Part shown: one piece after another, positions 1 through 9,933 of the stretch
Layout of the letters: every line of letters begins with the position of its first letter
Numbering within the stretch: the first letter of the stretch is position 1
NCBI GenBank assembly: GCA_965242865.1
Contig: CBDETK010000013.1
Span: forward strand, 672,001-736,000
From: Candidatus Latescibacterota bacterium
GTDB taxonomy: Bacteria; Latescibacterota; UBA2968; UBA8231
Length of the DNA: 64,000 nt
Reading direction: 5' to 3'
The notes under the pieces: model-generated
The model's input: the letters and a program-made list of their open reading frames with translations, nothing else
Databases searched by the model: none
What the model was told of the DNA's origin: nothing
Made by a program: the position numbers and the translations under genes

Positions 1-1105
1 CGATGGAGGCGATGCGCTGGTGCCGCACGTAGCGTTGGACGGCGTTGACGGTCAGGAGCTGTTTGCTCAACACCGCGTCCAGCCCGATGGCCGGGGTGAT
101 GGGCATGTAATCGACGTTGTTGACCAAGGCAATGGCGCGCGGCACTTCGAGGTGCTTGGCCACGAGCGTTGAGATGATGTTGACCTCGTCGTTGCCCGTA
201 ACCGCGATAAAGGCGTCCATGTCGGCCAAGCCTTCAACGGCCAACAGATCGTAGTCCGTGCCGTCGCCTTGGATGACGAGCACATTGGCGAGTTGGTCGG
301 CGATTTGCCGGGAACGAGCGGCGCGGCTTTCGATGAGCTTGACCCGCACCTGCGCGGAAAGCCCGGCGGCCACGAACTGGCCGATGAGGCCGCCGCCGAG
401 GATGGCGATGTCCTCGATGCGGTGGTCGGTGTGGCCGGTCAAGCGGACTACCGAGGGAATGAAGTCGGGATCGCTGATGACGAAAATTCGGTCTTCGGGC
501 AGCAGGGTGGTGGTGCCGCGGGGGATCAAGGTCTGTTGCTTGCGCTGGATGGCGACGATGCGCATGGGCAGGTCGGCAAACTGCCGCCCCAACTCGGTCA
601 ATGGCGCGTGGAGCAGGGAGGACTGGCGGTCGAGGCGCGTGCCGAGCAAGACGAGCTTGCCTTCGGAAAACTCGACCAAATCGGTGGCGCTAGACTGGCG
701 AATGAGGCGGATGATGGCGTCGGCGGTTTCCTTCTCGGGGTGGATGAACTGATCGACGCCGAGCTCTTGGGGGCTCAAGATAAAGTCCGGGGCGGTGAAC
801 TCGGGGTTGCGGACGCGGGCGATGGCCGATTGGACCCCTAGCTTCTTGGCCATTCTACAGGCGAGCAGGTTGACCTCGTCGTTGGTGGTCATGGCCGCAA
901 CGAGATCCACCTGCTCAATGCCCATGCCGCGCAAGTCCTGCAAGCTGGTGCCATTGCCTTGGGCGACGATGATGTCGAGCTGTTCGCTGACGCGCCTGAC
1001 GCGCCTCGGATCGGTGTCAATCTGGGTAATGTCGTGCCCGTCTTGACTCAGTTGCTTGCTCAACTGGAAGCCGATGGCGCCGGCGCCGATGACCAAAATG
1101 TGCAT
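1..1105 (-). CDS. trkA: Trk system potassium uptake protein TrkA (3' end runs off the window)
   Basis: Manual translation from ATG at 1105: MHILVIGAGAIGFQLSKQLSQDGHDI..., AMTTNDEVNLLAC...IARVRNPEF, with a second Rossmann motif IAILGGGLIG. Absent from the ORF track because it has no stop in the window. Confidence 0.93.
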   Translation of the reverse strand, partial: MHILVIGAGAIGFQLSKQLSQDGHDITQIDTDPRRVRRVSEQLDIIVAQGNGTSLQDLRGMGIEQVDLVAAMTTNDEVNLLACRMAKKLGVQSAIARVRNPEFTAPDFILSPQELGVDQFIHPEKETADAIIRLIRQSSATDLVEFSEGKLVLLGTRLDRQSSLLHAPLTELGRQFADLPMRIVAIQRKQQTLIPRGTTTLLPEDRIFVISDPDFIPSVVRLTGHTDHRIEDIAILGGGLIGQFVAAGLSAQVRVKLIESRAARSRQIADQLANVLVIQGDGTDYDLLAVEGLADMDAFIAVTGNDEVNIISTLVAKHLEVPRAIALVNNVDYMPITPAIGLDAVLSKQLLTVNAVQRYVRHQRIASI

Positions 1106-1174
1106 GGTTTGCAGCCGAGTTTTGCAGAAAAGGGAGCGCGTAGAAGCTAAGGACGATGCGCGCTGCGTGCGAAC

Positions 1175-1489
1175 TCAGTCGATATGGAACACTTCGCGCA
1201 GGTCTTGGGCGCGCGGGCTGCCGTCCGGGTTGGTGGCCATGATGTCCTTCATGTACGTCCACCACCGCTGGCAGTCCGGCGTCGCGGCGATGCGCTGCCA
1301 GCGTTCCTCGTCTTCGAGTTCCACGTACGCAAAAAGCTGGTGGGTGTCTGGGTGGAGGAAGATGGAGTAGTTGTGGACGCCGTGTTCCTTGAGGGTCTGC
1401 TCCAGCTCGGGCCATATCGGGTTGTGGCGCGTTTCGTATTCGGCGTGTTGGTCGGGATCGACCTGCATGACAAAGGCTTTGCGGATCAT
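1175..1489 (-). CDS. rhaM: L-rhamnose mutarotase
   Basis: 104 aa, MIRKAFVM...[13 protein letters not shown]...HNYSIFL...CQRWW...LREVFHID; GGAG RBS upstream. Confidence 0.93.
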   Translation of the reverse strand: MIRKAFVMQVDPDQHAEYETRHNPIWPELEQTLKEHGVHNYSIFLHPDTHQLFAYVELEDEERWQRIAATPDCQRWWTYMKDIMATNPDGSPRAQDLREVFHID

Positions 1490-1558
1490 GATGGCTCCTT
1501 TTGGGGGTTGGGTTAAGGGATTGGGTGCGTTGGCGACCTTTAATCTACGTCACTCGCT

Positions 1559-3244
1559 TTACTGGGTGAATAGCGGATTTTCTTCGCGCTCGCGGGCTAA
1601 GATGGCGTCCCTCTCTTTGGCCTCGGCCCACGCACTGGTCTGCTTGAGATCCATCGGATGGGCCTTGGCCTGCTTGCGGCTGCCGAAGACGGCGTCCCGG
1701 AGTGCGACGAGGGTGAGTTTGTCGGACTTCTGGCGGTTGCACGGGCCGCACAGGATGGCGCGGTTGCCGAGGCGGTTGGTGCCGGTGCCCGACTTGGGGT
1801 CGAGGTGATCCAAGTCAAAGTACTGACGATTGCGCGGCGCGTCCGGCAGGCTGAACTCGCAGCCCCAGCATTGCAGCCCCCACTGGTCCAAGAGCATGTC
1901 TTTCATCTCGGCGTGGGAGAATAGGGCCTTCTGCTTGTAGCGATAGACCGGCGGCAGGTCAGCGACCGCGTCGTCGGGGTCGTCCGTGCGCTCCGGCGGC
2001 ACGTTGGTGAACCGCGCCTCGTGCTTGGCGAGGATGCGGTCGATCCAGTTGGGATCGGTGTGCTGGCTCTTTTGGCGGAGCTCGTCCACCTCGGCCTTTT
2101 TCATGCCGGCGAGATTGCACAGGATCATCGCCTTGGCGTCGTCGTTGCGGTCGATGCCGATGGACTGGCGGTCGAGGGTGCGGGCGGCGACGAGGGTGGT
2201 GCCGCAGCCGCAGAAGGGGTCGAGGACGAGGTCGCCGGGGTTGCTGCTGGCGGCGACGATGCGCTCGTATAATGAGACCGGCTTTTGGTCGGGGTAGCCG
2301 GTGCGCTCGGTGGCGTGCGTTTGCACTGGTATGATGTCGGTGATCACGTCGCAGGCCGCGTTGCCCTTGGTGGATGCCAGATACCTTTTGAGGCACGGCA
2401 CTCCTCCCTTTTTCTTGGGCCAGTATATTAGTCCGGCTGCGTCAAGGGCATCGAGGCGATCTGGCACTGTTGGGTAGGCGTCGGGCCAACCGGGGATGAT
2501 GTTGTTTTTGATGATATACTCATACATGCCGCCTCCGGTTGGGGTGCCCCAATGACGGCCCACTTTCCCGGGATCGACTCCACGCCAAGATGCACCCGAG
2601 AGGCCACTTCTGAGGCCCGCGGCGGTCAGATCCGCCGACCGCCAAGGGCCGCGCCCATCCCCGTCGTCATGCCGATAAAACTTCTTGACGTATTCGGGAT
2701 CGTGTGGCGTGTGAATTGGGTTCCATGTCGGACTATCGCCTTTGCTGTAATAGAGGATGGTGTCATGGATGGCCCCAAATTTCTTAGCGTCCGAGCGTCC
2801 ACTGGTCCGTTTCCATACAATCTCATTGCGAAAGTTTCTCGCCCCAAACACCGCGTCCATGATGCCCTTGACGTAGTGGCTCGCTGTCGGGTCGAGGTGG
2901 ACATAGATGCTGCCCGTGTCCTTGAGCACCCGCCGCATTTCGAGCAGCCGGACGCCGAGGAAGCACAGGAACGCGCCGAGGTTCTCGCTGTGTGCGTGTT
3001 CGGCGGATTCTATGACTTCGACGAGTGGCCGGTTGTCGTCGCGGATGTCGTCCATCCACGAGCGGTGGACGTTTTCTTCCCACCGCCATTGATCGACGTA
3101 TTTGCCGCCGACGGATTCGCGATTGCGGCCCGTGTTGAACGGCGGATCGGTCGCGATGAGATCGACGATGCCGCTGTTCATGCCGCGCAGGGCGTCGAGG
3201 TTGTCCATGTGGTAGATCGTGCCGGGGACGACGTTGAGGGTCAT
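1559..3244 (-). CDS. Beta-class N6-adenine/N4-cytosine DNA methyltransferase fused to a C-terminal HNH endonuclease domain
   Basis: Motif IV DPPF near the N-terminus, YPDQKP, motif I DPFCGCGTT; C-terminal CWGC...DLDHLDP...N...LCGPCNRQKS zinc-finger HNH signature. Confidence 0.88.
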   Translation of the reverse strand: MTLNVVPGTIYHMDNLDALRGMNSGIVDLIATDPPFNTGRNRESVGGKYVDQWRWEENVHRSWMDDIRDDNRPLVEVIESAEHAHSENLGAFLCFLGVRLLEMRRVLKDTGSIYVHLDPTASHYVKGIMDAVFGARNFRNEIVWKRTSGRSDAKKFGAIHDTILYYSKGDSPTWNPIHTPHDPEYVKKFYRHDDGDGRGPWRSADLTAAGLRSGLSGASWRGVDPGKVGRHWGTPTGGGMYEYIIKNNIIPGWPDAYPTVPDRLDALDAAGLIYWPKKKGGVPCLKRYLASTKGNAACDVITDIIPVQTHATERTGYPDQKPVSLYERIVAASSNPGDLVLDPFCGCGTTLVAARTLDRQSIGIDRNDDAKAMILCNLAGMKKAEVDELRQKSQHTDPNWIDRILAKHEARFTNVPPERTDDPDDAVADLPPVYRYKQKALFSHAEMKDMLLDQWGLQCWGCEFSLPDAPRNRQYFDLDHLDPKSGTGTNRLGNRAILCGPCNRQKSDKLTLVALRDAVFGSRKQAKAHPMDLKQTSAWAEAKERDAILAREREENPLFTQ

Positions 3245-4359
3245 GGGGTTGGGTCTCCTTTCGAGGACTCCTTTATGGATAATAAATCCTCGGTAATTAA
3301 ACCTACCATCGTAGGAGCACGACTGGAGAAAGAAGAATTGGGGTCGTTGCTATGAAGTTTGATGAGATCTGTCGCCTTTTCAGCGTGTCGCAATGCCAGC
3401 TCAAGGAGAGGTTTACGGTGATCTTCACCTACAAAGTCTGATAATTGTGCCCAAAGAATGACTGCATATCTAGTATAGAGACTGATAAGATCATGAGGAT
3501 CAGAACAGTCTTCAATTTTGCTTTTGATGTCCTTTACTTCCTTCCGCCAATAGGCATATTGACGCAGATTCTCTGCGTCACCAAAATACGACGGGAGCGA
3601 CGTTACCTCATTAAATGCAGACAACATTCGGTCGGGGTCTAATCTTTTTCTAAATATCAAGCCTAGACCATAATGCGCCAATCGCTTTATTTGGTCGTCA
3701 GGATTGGCCTCAATAGCATTATTGTAGTGCTTTTCTGCGGAAACATCGTCTCCGCCTTCGTAAGCGTATTTCCCTAGGCAGTATTGTACATAACTGCTTT
3801 TAAGGGCATCCTGTCTTTCAATAGCCCCATGCATATCGGGAAAAACGGTTTCTTCGGATATGGCATGGTATTTTTCTAAATGATCAAGAATTGGTTTTTT
3901 GAGGCATTTATTGATCGTGACGTATTTCATATCATCCTCGACAAAACCCCTATCCGGCCAGAACATTACGCTTTTCTGAACAATAACGCGACCTCTTGGA
4001 TTCCGCGGATTATGTATTCTTGGATCGTCAATATCTCGCTTTAAGATGACAACTCTGCCATCGTCGTCGTAGCATTTGTTGCAAGCAAATAATAGGGCAA
4101 CCAGATAGTCTTCTGTCCAATCTATTAGATTGGTAACGCCTCGGTTATGCTGCACCTCGGATTCTTCATAATCCAACATAGATGACAAAAGCTCCTTGCG
4201 GAATATGTCGATGTCGGAATCACGAATACCGTGCTTTTTGAGTTCTCGGTAAACCCCCGACGATACTTTATTATAACATTTCGGCTCACCGCGAAAGATA
4301 TAACCACCATCCTTAGCAGCTTCCTCAATATCGCGGCGAACTTCGTCAAACTTTTCCAT
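3241..4359 (-). CDS. FRG-domain protein with C-terminal TPR-like helices
   Basis: YIFRGE, VQHNRGVTNLIDWTEDYLVALLFAC, RVIVQKS; TPR-like AEKHYNNAIEANPDD...AHYGLGLIF. Visibly AT-richer than its flanks; its stop overlaps the MTase start (ATGA). Confidence 0.8.
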   Translation of the reverse strand: MEKFDEVRRDIEEAAKDGGYIFRGEPKCYNKVSSGVYRELKKHGIRDSDIDIFRKELLSSMLDYEESEVQHNRGVTNLIDWTEDYLVALLFACNKCYDDDGRVVILKRDIDDPRIHNPRNPRGRVIVQKSVMFWPDRGFVEDDMKYVTINKCLKKPILDHLEKYHAISEETVFPDMHGAIERQDALKSSYVQYCLGKYAYEGGDDVSAEKHYNNAIEANPDDQIKRLAHYGLGLIFRKRLDPDRMLSAFNEVTSLPSYFGDAENLRQYAYWRKEVKDIKSKIEDCSDPHDLISLYTRYAVILWAQLSDFVGEDHRKPLLELALRHAEKATDLIKLHSNDPNSSFSSRAPTMVGLITEDLLSIKESSKGDPTP

Positions 4360-4437
4360 GGCACTTTCCCCTTTCTTGGAGCGTTAAGGTTGCATGAGAA
4401 GCCCCGCGACGCCGCGCTGACGCCGCGGGTTTAGCAC

Positions 4438-6342
4438 TCAGAAGTTGAAGATCATGTTGCCCTCGACGCCGAAGGCCCCGTCGATGAAGAGCCACAGGCA
4501 GGCCGTGGTGAACTCGCCGAGGATCAGCCCTAAAAAGAACGGCAGCAGGGCGCGGTAGGCACGCACCCCGCCGTAGCGCAGGATGGTCGCCTTGCAGAGC
4601 CAAGCCAGAAAGATGGACAACCAGCCGTAGTACACAATGGTAAAGGTGGAGGCGATGGGAAAACCCAATGGATGCAGGGGCCACCACGTAAAGCGGTGGC
4701 GCAAAAAGAGCAGGGCCGCCATGACCGCACTCCCGCTGGCGGTGAAGGCGAGGCGCGGGGCAAACGATGGCTCAGGCGCGTTGTACACCGAGGCCATGTA
4801 CGTAAAGGGCCAGCGCGGCGCGCCGCTAAAGTACCAGCCGTGCAGGTTGATGCCGCCGTAAGTATAGGCCAAGGTCATGGTAAACCAGATCGAGCCGACG
4901 AGGCCCACGACAATGGCGGCGATTAGTGCCCCGAGCAGCCAGCGCGGCGCAGGCGAGTCGCCGGAGGTGAGCTTGAGGCTGTGCATGACGGCGTTCATCA
5001 TGTTGGCCGCAGTCTCGCCCATCCACACCGTGCTCAGGCCCAAGCCGGTCATGTTGCCGAGGCCGAGGGTCTCAGGCCCTATGCCGCGGGTGATGAAAGC
5101 CTGCGGAGCCATGGGCGTCTGGCAGCCGGGAATCCCGGCCTCGCAGACGATGCGCGACAAGCCGATAAAGACGATGAGCGCCCCGACCACCAGCAGCGCG
5201 GCCGCGTACAGGGACAGGCCGGTGAGCGTCAGCCAAGCCACCATGAAGGCCACGCCGACCGCGAGGCCGCCAAAGGCCGTGCGCGGGGCCATGAGTTCGC
5301 CCGGGGCCGGCTCGTCTTGTACGGCTTGACGCCACAGATGGCGCAGGTGGGTGCGGGCGGTCCACACCACGAACAGGGCCAGCACCAACAGGCCGCCGGC
5401 TTGCTGGTGAGCAACCGGGACTGAGCCGCCGCCCGAGGTCCAAATATCGCCCCCGCCGATCACGAGGCCGATGCGGGCAAAAATTACTTTTTCGAGGGTG
5501 TAGAACAAAAAGAAAAACCAGATGCTAAAGGAGACGCTGAGGGCCATTAGGTACGCGAGGCCCAAAATCGGCAAATTGATCCGCCAAGGCAGGCCGACGC
5601 TGCCTTGGAGCAGGGACAGGCTGCCGGTCAGGGCGATGGGCTGGAAGGCGTCGTGGTACGCGTGGAGCGAGTTCCAAGAGTGCAGCACAAGCGGCACGGC
5701 AAAGCCCAGCCACAGCAGGCGGTGCTTGAACAGGCCGCCGAGGAGGGATGGCGAGTCCGCGCCTTCGAGCATGGCCAGCGGCAGGCGGGTGAGCGGAAAG
5801 ACGAGGCGCTCGTTGGCGACCCACTGGCCTCGGAGCAACGCGCCGAGGCAAAAGAGGACCCAGTAGAAGGCGAGAATAAAGCAGGTCCAAGCGGCCAGCG
5901 GGCTAAGCCAAGCGCCCCAGGGGATGGCGCGGCCTCGGGGCAGCCCTTCGTAGAACAGGCGCACGGCCTCGGTATCGGTGGGGGCCAGCGCGGGGTGGAT
6001 GTATTCGACGAAGAGCTCCTGCCAAGCGTTCTCGGGCGTGGCGTAGTACGCCGCGCCAGTGATGACCGACAGAAAGCTGCCGGTGAAGCCGGTGGTGACC
6101 ACGACCGCGCCGACCAGCATCATGGCGTACACGGCGATGAGTTCGGCGCGGGAAAAGGCCCACGCCCGGCCCAGCATTTTGAGCAGGGGCAGGACGACAG
6201 CCGTCAGCAAAAAGAGCAACAGGACAGCGATGACCGGAATGGCATTGCTGGTGAGTTGCGAGCCCTTGACGATGAGAATGCCCCAAGGGCTTAGGATGCT
6301 GATCGCCCCGACGAGGAGCAAACCCGTGAGGATGGCGCGCAA
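4438..6342 (-). CDS. Multi-pass membrane protein, DUF6785/DUF6784-like putative transporter
   Basis: 634 aa, more than 15 hydrophobic segments, QWVANERLVFPL, RIVCEAGIP, WWPLHPLGF, RYGG...LPFFLGLILGE. Family assigned from motif recall. Confidence 0.7.
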   Translation of the reverse strand: MRAILTGLLLVGAISILSPWGILIVKGSQLTSNAIPVIAVLLLFLLTAVVLPLLKMLGRAWAFSRAELIAVYAMMLVGAVVVTTGFTGSFLSVITGAAYYATPENAWQELFVEYIHPALAPTDTEAVRLFYEGLPRGRAIPWGAWLSPLAAWTCFILAFYWVLFCLGALLRGQWVANERLVFPLTRLPLAMLEGADSPSLLGGLFKHRLLWLGFAVPLVLHSWNSLHAYHDAFQPIALTGSLSLLQGSVGLPWRINLPILGLAYLMALSVSFSIWFFFLFYTLEKVIFARIGLVIGGGDIWTSGGGSVPVAHQQAGGLLVLALFVVWTARTHLRHLWRQAVQDEPAPGELMAPRTAFGGLAVGVAFMVAWLTLTGLSLYAAALLVVGALIVFIGLSRIVCEAGIPGCQTPMAPQAFITRGIGPETLGLGNMTGLGLSTVWMGETAANMMNAVMHSLKLTSGDSPAPRWLLGALIAAIVVGLVGSIWFTMTLAYTYGGINLHGWYFSGAPRWPFTYMASVYNAPEPSFAPRLAFTASGSAVMAALLFLRHRFTWWPLHPLGFPIASTFTIVYYGWLSIFLAWLCKATILRYGGVRAYRALLPFFLGLILGEFTTACLWLFIDGAFGVEGNMIFNF

Positions 6343-6357
6343 GGGGGGATGAACCGC

Positions 6358-7599
6358 CTAATTGAGACTGCGGATGAAGTAGAGCAAGCGCTTGAACAGG
6401 CCCGGCCGGATGCCCGGGGCCTCGGTGCGCTGGGCCACCACGTGGTAGGCTTGGAGTTGGCGGTTGTCCATGGCGTGGGACCCGCCCCACAAGTACAGGC
6501 GGAAGGCGCGAAAGACGGCTTCGCCCCAGCGCTCGACAATGGTTGGGCGGTTGGCCTCAAAGCGAGCGGCCCAGTGCTCCAGCGTCAGGGCGTAATCGTG
6601 CGTTTCGTCGATTACCTCTTCCACCTTGAAGCCGTGCATGAGAAACTCTTGCAGCAGGTCGGGCAGGCACAAGTACGTGTGGGTGCCCGGGTAAATGTAG
6701 CGGCGCACGAAATTGCTCACCTTGTACTTTTCGAACGTGGCCGAAGCGTCTAAGTAAATGCGGCCCCCGGGCTTGAGGCACTTCCACACTTGCGCGACAA
6801 AGTCGCGGTAGTGGGGGATGTGCTCGATGACGCCGAAGATGACGATGGCGTCGTACGGCTCGGGGGGATCGTGCGCGAGGAAATCTTCGAGGCGAACCGC
6901 GCAGGTGGCCAGCCCGCGGTCGGCGATGAGAGCTTGGTGTAGCCGGTGCGAGTCCTCGGCAATGGTCAGGGCCGTGCAGTGGATGCCGCGCGGGCCAGCG
7001 TAGCGGGTGACGGCCCCCCAACCGGCGCCAATGTCGAGCAAGCGGTCGCCGGCTTGCAGGCGCAGGGCGCGGGCCATGGTGGCGAATTTGTGCTCGGCCG
7101 CTTGTTCGAGGGTCTCGTCGGCGCGGTGGAAGAGGACATGCGAGTAGAGGTGGTACTGGCGATCGACGAATGCTAGGTAGAAATCGTCGCCGAAGTTGTA
7201 GTGGTGGGCGATGGAGGCGCGGTTGAGGCGAATGCGGTCGCGCCAGAAAAGCTGGAGATAGGCCCGCAGCAAGAAGCCCAAGCTGGTCTTGCCCTTGACG
7301 TACTGGCGCAACCCTAGAAAGCAGCGCACGTCGCCCTCAATATCGATTTGGCCTTCGACATACGCGCGCCCAATGGCGTATTCGTCGAGCCTTTTGCCGA
7401 GCACGGCGTCGGAGTGAAAAACCACGCGAAAGGCCGGTTCGCCCGGCGGGCCTAAGTGCAAGGTCTCGCCTTGGGCAAACGTGAACTGGCAGGGGATGGG
7501 GACGTCGGCGAGGGCCGCGTGGAGGAGGCGGGCCGCGGCGCAGCGCGGCTGCGGGGGCGCGGCTGGGGTGGCGGGCTGTAACTGGGGCTGTGCGGTCAT
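6358..7599 (-). CDS. cfa: Cyclopropane-fatty-acyl-phospholipid synthase family SAM-dependent methyltransferase
   Basis: IAHHYNFGDDFY, TLEQAAEHK, LLDIGAGWG, GVIEHI, YIYPG, DYALTLEHW. Start placed at ATG 7599 (ORF track extends to 7680). Confidence 0.85.
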   Translation of the reverse strand: MTAQPQLQPATPAAPPQPRCAAARLLHAALADVPIPCQFTFAQGETLHLGPPGEPAFRVVFHSDAVLGKRLDEYAIGRAYVEGQIDIEGDVRCFLGLRQYVKGKTSLGFLLRAYLQLFWRDRIRLNRASIAHHYNFGDDFYLAFVDRQYHLYSHVLFHRADETLEQAAEHKFATMARALRLQAGDRLLDIGAGWGAVTRYAGPRGIHCTALTIAEDSHRLHQALIADRGLATCAVRLEDFLAHDPPEPYDAIVIFGVIEHIPHYRDFVAQVWKCLKPGGRIYLDASATFEKYKVSNFVRRYIYPGTHTYLCLPDLLQEFLMHGFKVEEVIDETHDYALTLEHWAARFEANRPTIVERWGEAVFRAFRLYLWGGSHAMDNRQLQAYHVVAQRTEAPGIRPGLFKRLLYFIRSLN

Positions 7600-7814
7600 G
7601 GCGTTTTTCCCGGCGGTTTCTGCGGCACCGCTGGCCGCGCAAAAGGGTAACACACTATAAAACTTCGCCCAACTCGTCAAGGAGATGGGCCAACGGAAAG
7701 AGGCTAAGTACGCGACCCGTACTTTGCGCGTACCTTTTCTGGTGTTGCCGTTGCGTCTGGGGTCGAGGGCGTCCCCGCCCTCGATCCGTACGGAAAGAAT
7801 AAGGAAAAGAGGTC

Positions 7815-9779
7815 ATGCAGGTGACAGAATGGGGTAAGATGGTATGGCGCGTCGGCGCGGTGGTGTGGTTGGGCTGGGCGTCGGTTGAGGGCCAGCAGGC
7901 GGACATCCCACGCAGCGCGTGGCCGGCCGCTTGGTTCCGGCCGCCGGTCGCGGCTTCGGCCTTGGGAGTGCAGCACTTCCGCCAAGCACCCATGCTCGAT
8001 GAAGCGGTGGCCGCCGGCGAATTGCCGCCGGTAGCCGAGCGCTTGCCCGACGACCCAATGGTGGTCGAACCCCGCGGCGAAATCGGCCGCTACGGGGGCA
8101 CGGCCCGGTTGTTTTTTGCCGGCGAAAGCCTGATCAACGTGCCCGAAGGGGTGCTGCGCCCGGGGCCGCAGATGCGGTTGAATCTGCCGAACTTTGCCCA
8201 AAAGGCCGAATACCTCAACGGCGCGCGGACCTTGCGGATTACCCTGCGTCCCGGGCACAAGTGGTCCGACGGGCATCCGGTGACGGCCGACGACTACGCC
8301 TTCTGGTTCGACCACGTGCTGATGAACGAGGAGCTCACGCCGGTCGTGGAGCCGCGCTTCAAGGGGGCGCGGATCGAAAAGCACGACGCCCACAGCTTCA
8401 GTTATCACTTTCCCCAGCCCATGCCGCTGTTTGTCAACCACCTCGCCCACAACAGTGCGCGCTTGGCGGTGCCAGCCCACTTTATGCGCCGCTACCATCC
8501 GGCGTTTGCCGACCGGGCGCAGTTGGAGCGCGAGGCCCACGCGCTCGGGTTGCAAGACTGGCGCACCTATTTCGGGGCCGTCAACAGCACGACCGATCTG
8601 ATTCCCTTCGACCGCCCGGTGCTGACCGCTTATGTCTTGGTCAGCCGCACCTCAACGCGCGCCCGGCTGCGCCGCAACCCCTACTACCCCAAGGTCGATC
8701 CCGAGGGCAACCAGTTGCCCTATATCGACTATTTGGAGGTGCAGCGGGTCGATAGCCCGGAGATCATGGCGGCCAAGGCCGCGACCGGCCAGATCGACTT
8801 TGCCGGGCGGCAGTTTATGACGGCTGACATTCCGCTGTTTAAGCGCTTTGAGCAGCGCAACGGCTATTCCACGTACGTCTGGCCGCGGCCCTACGGCTCG
8901 GACGTGGTGTTGCAGTTCAATTTGAATCACCCGGACGCAGGGTTGCGGCGAATTTTTCAGGATGTGCGCTTCCGGCGGGCCATGTCGCTGGCCATTCATC
9001 GGGAGGAAATCAACGACATCGTGTACTTTGGCCACGGGGTGCCGCGCCAGTTGACGGTGGTGCCGTCGAGCCGCTACTTCGAGCCGGAATTTGCCGCGGC
9101 GTGGGCCGAGTTTGACCCGGCGCGGGCCAAGGCCCTGTTCGACGAAATGAGGCTGGTCGATCGCGACGGCGACGGTCAGCGCGAGCGGCTCGACGGCGAA
9201 CCCTTGCAAATCACCTTGGAGTACATGATCGGGGAGACGCCCAAGCAGGTCACCTTGGACTTGGTCGCGGCTTACTGGCGCGAGGTGGGAGTGGCCGTCA
9301 ATCTCAAGCAGATCAGCGGCACCCTGCAACGGATTCGCGCCCGGGCCGGCTTGATGGACATGACGATCTGGCACGCGGACCGCAACGCGGACATCCTCTT
9401 TCCCATTGAGCCGTACTGGTACGTGCCGACCAATAGCGGCTGGGAGCAGAGCCAGTGGTCCAAGTGGACGCGGTGGTACTTTTCCGACGGCGCGCTCGGG
9501 TGGGAGCCGCCGGCCGCGATTCAGGAGCTGCTCGGCTGGTGGGAGACCTTGCGCCGCACCACGGACGAGGCCGAGCGCATCGCGCTGGGCAAGAACATCC
9601 TCCGCAGCCAAGCCGAAAACCTGTGGGCCCTCGGCGTCATTGGCTTGGGGCCGCATCCGGTCGTCGTCAGCCACCGGCTGCGCAATGTGCCGCCCCAAGG
9701 CTATTGGGGCTGGGATTCGCGCTGGACGTGGCCGTACTATCCCGAGACTTGGTATCTGGCCGAGGACGGCGCAAATTAG
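7815..9779 (+). CDS. ABC transporter substrate-binding protein, family 5 (peptide/oligosaccharide)
   Basis: Signal peptide; LPPVAERLP, LRPGHKWSDGHPVTADD, RNPYYPKVDPEGNQLPYID, FRRAMSLAIHREEI. Confidence 0.9.
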   Translation: MQVTEWGKMVWRVGAVVWLGWASVEGQQADIPRSAWPAAWFRPPVAASALGVQHFRQAPMLDEAVAAGELPPVAERLPDDPMVVEPRGEIGRYGGTARLFFAGESLINVPEGVLRPGPQMRLNLPNFAQKAEYLNGARTLRITLRPGHKWSDGHPVTADDYAFWFDHVLMNEELTPVVEPRFKGARIEKHDAHSFSYHFPQPMPLFVNHLAHNSARLAVPAHFMRRYHPAFADRAQLEREAHALGLQDWRTYFGAVNSTTDLIPFDRPVLTAYVLVSRTSTRARLRRNPYYPKVDPEGNQLPYIDYLEVQRVDSPEIMAAKAATGQIDFAGRQFMTADIPLFKRFEQRNGYSTYVWPRPYGSDVVLQFNLNHPDAGLRRIFQDVRFRRAMSLAIHREEINDIVYFGHGVPRQLTVVPSSRYFEPEFAAAWAEFDPARAKALFDEMRLVDRDGDGQRERLDGEPLQITLEYMIGETPKQVTLDLVAAYWREVGVAVNLKQISGTLQRIRARAGLMDMTIWHADRNADILFPIEPYWYVPTNSGWEQSQWSKWTRWYFSDGALGWEPPAAIQELLGWWETLRRTTDEAERIALGKNILRSQAENLWALGVIGLGPHPVVVSHRLRNVPPQGYWGWDSRWTWPYYPETWYLAEDGAN

Positions 9780-9933
9780 CCGCGCAACGGTTGCCGTTCT
9801 CTGTATATTGTGCTAATGTTTAGCGATTAAGAGCTAAGAAGCGGTTGAAAGGAGGTGAAGAGGCCGTTTGGTTGAGAAGCTCATTTTCATTTTTAACCCG
9901 TTCAAACCACCAACCCATGAGGTGAATCGCATT

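Noticed and set aside
258-1150. Plus-strand ORFs at the window start
   Set aside because: They are antisense to the clear trkA frame.
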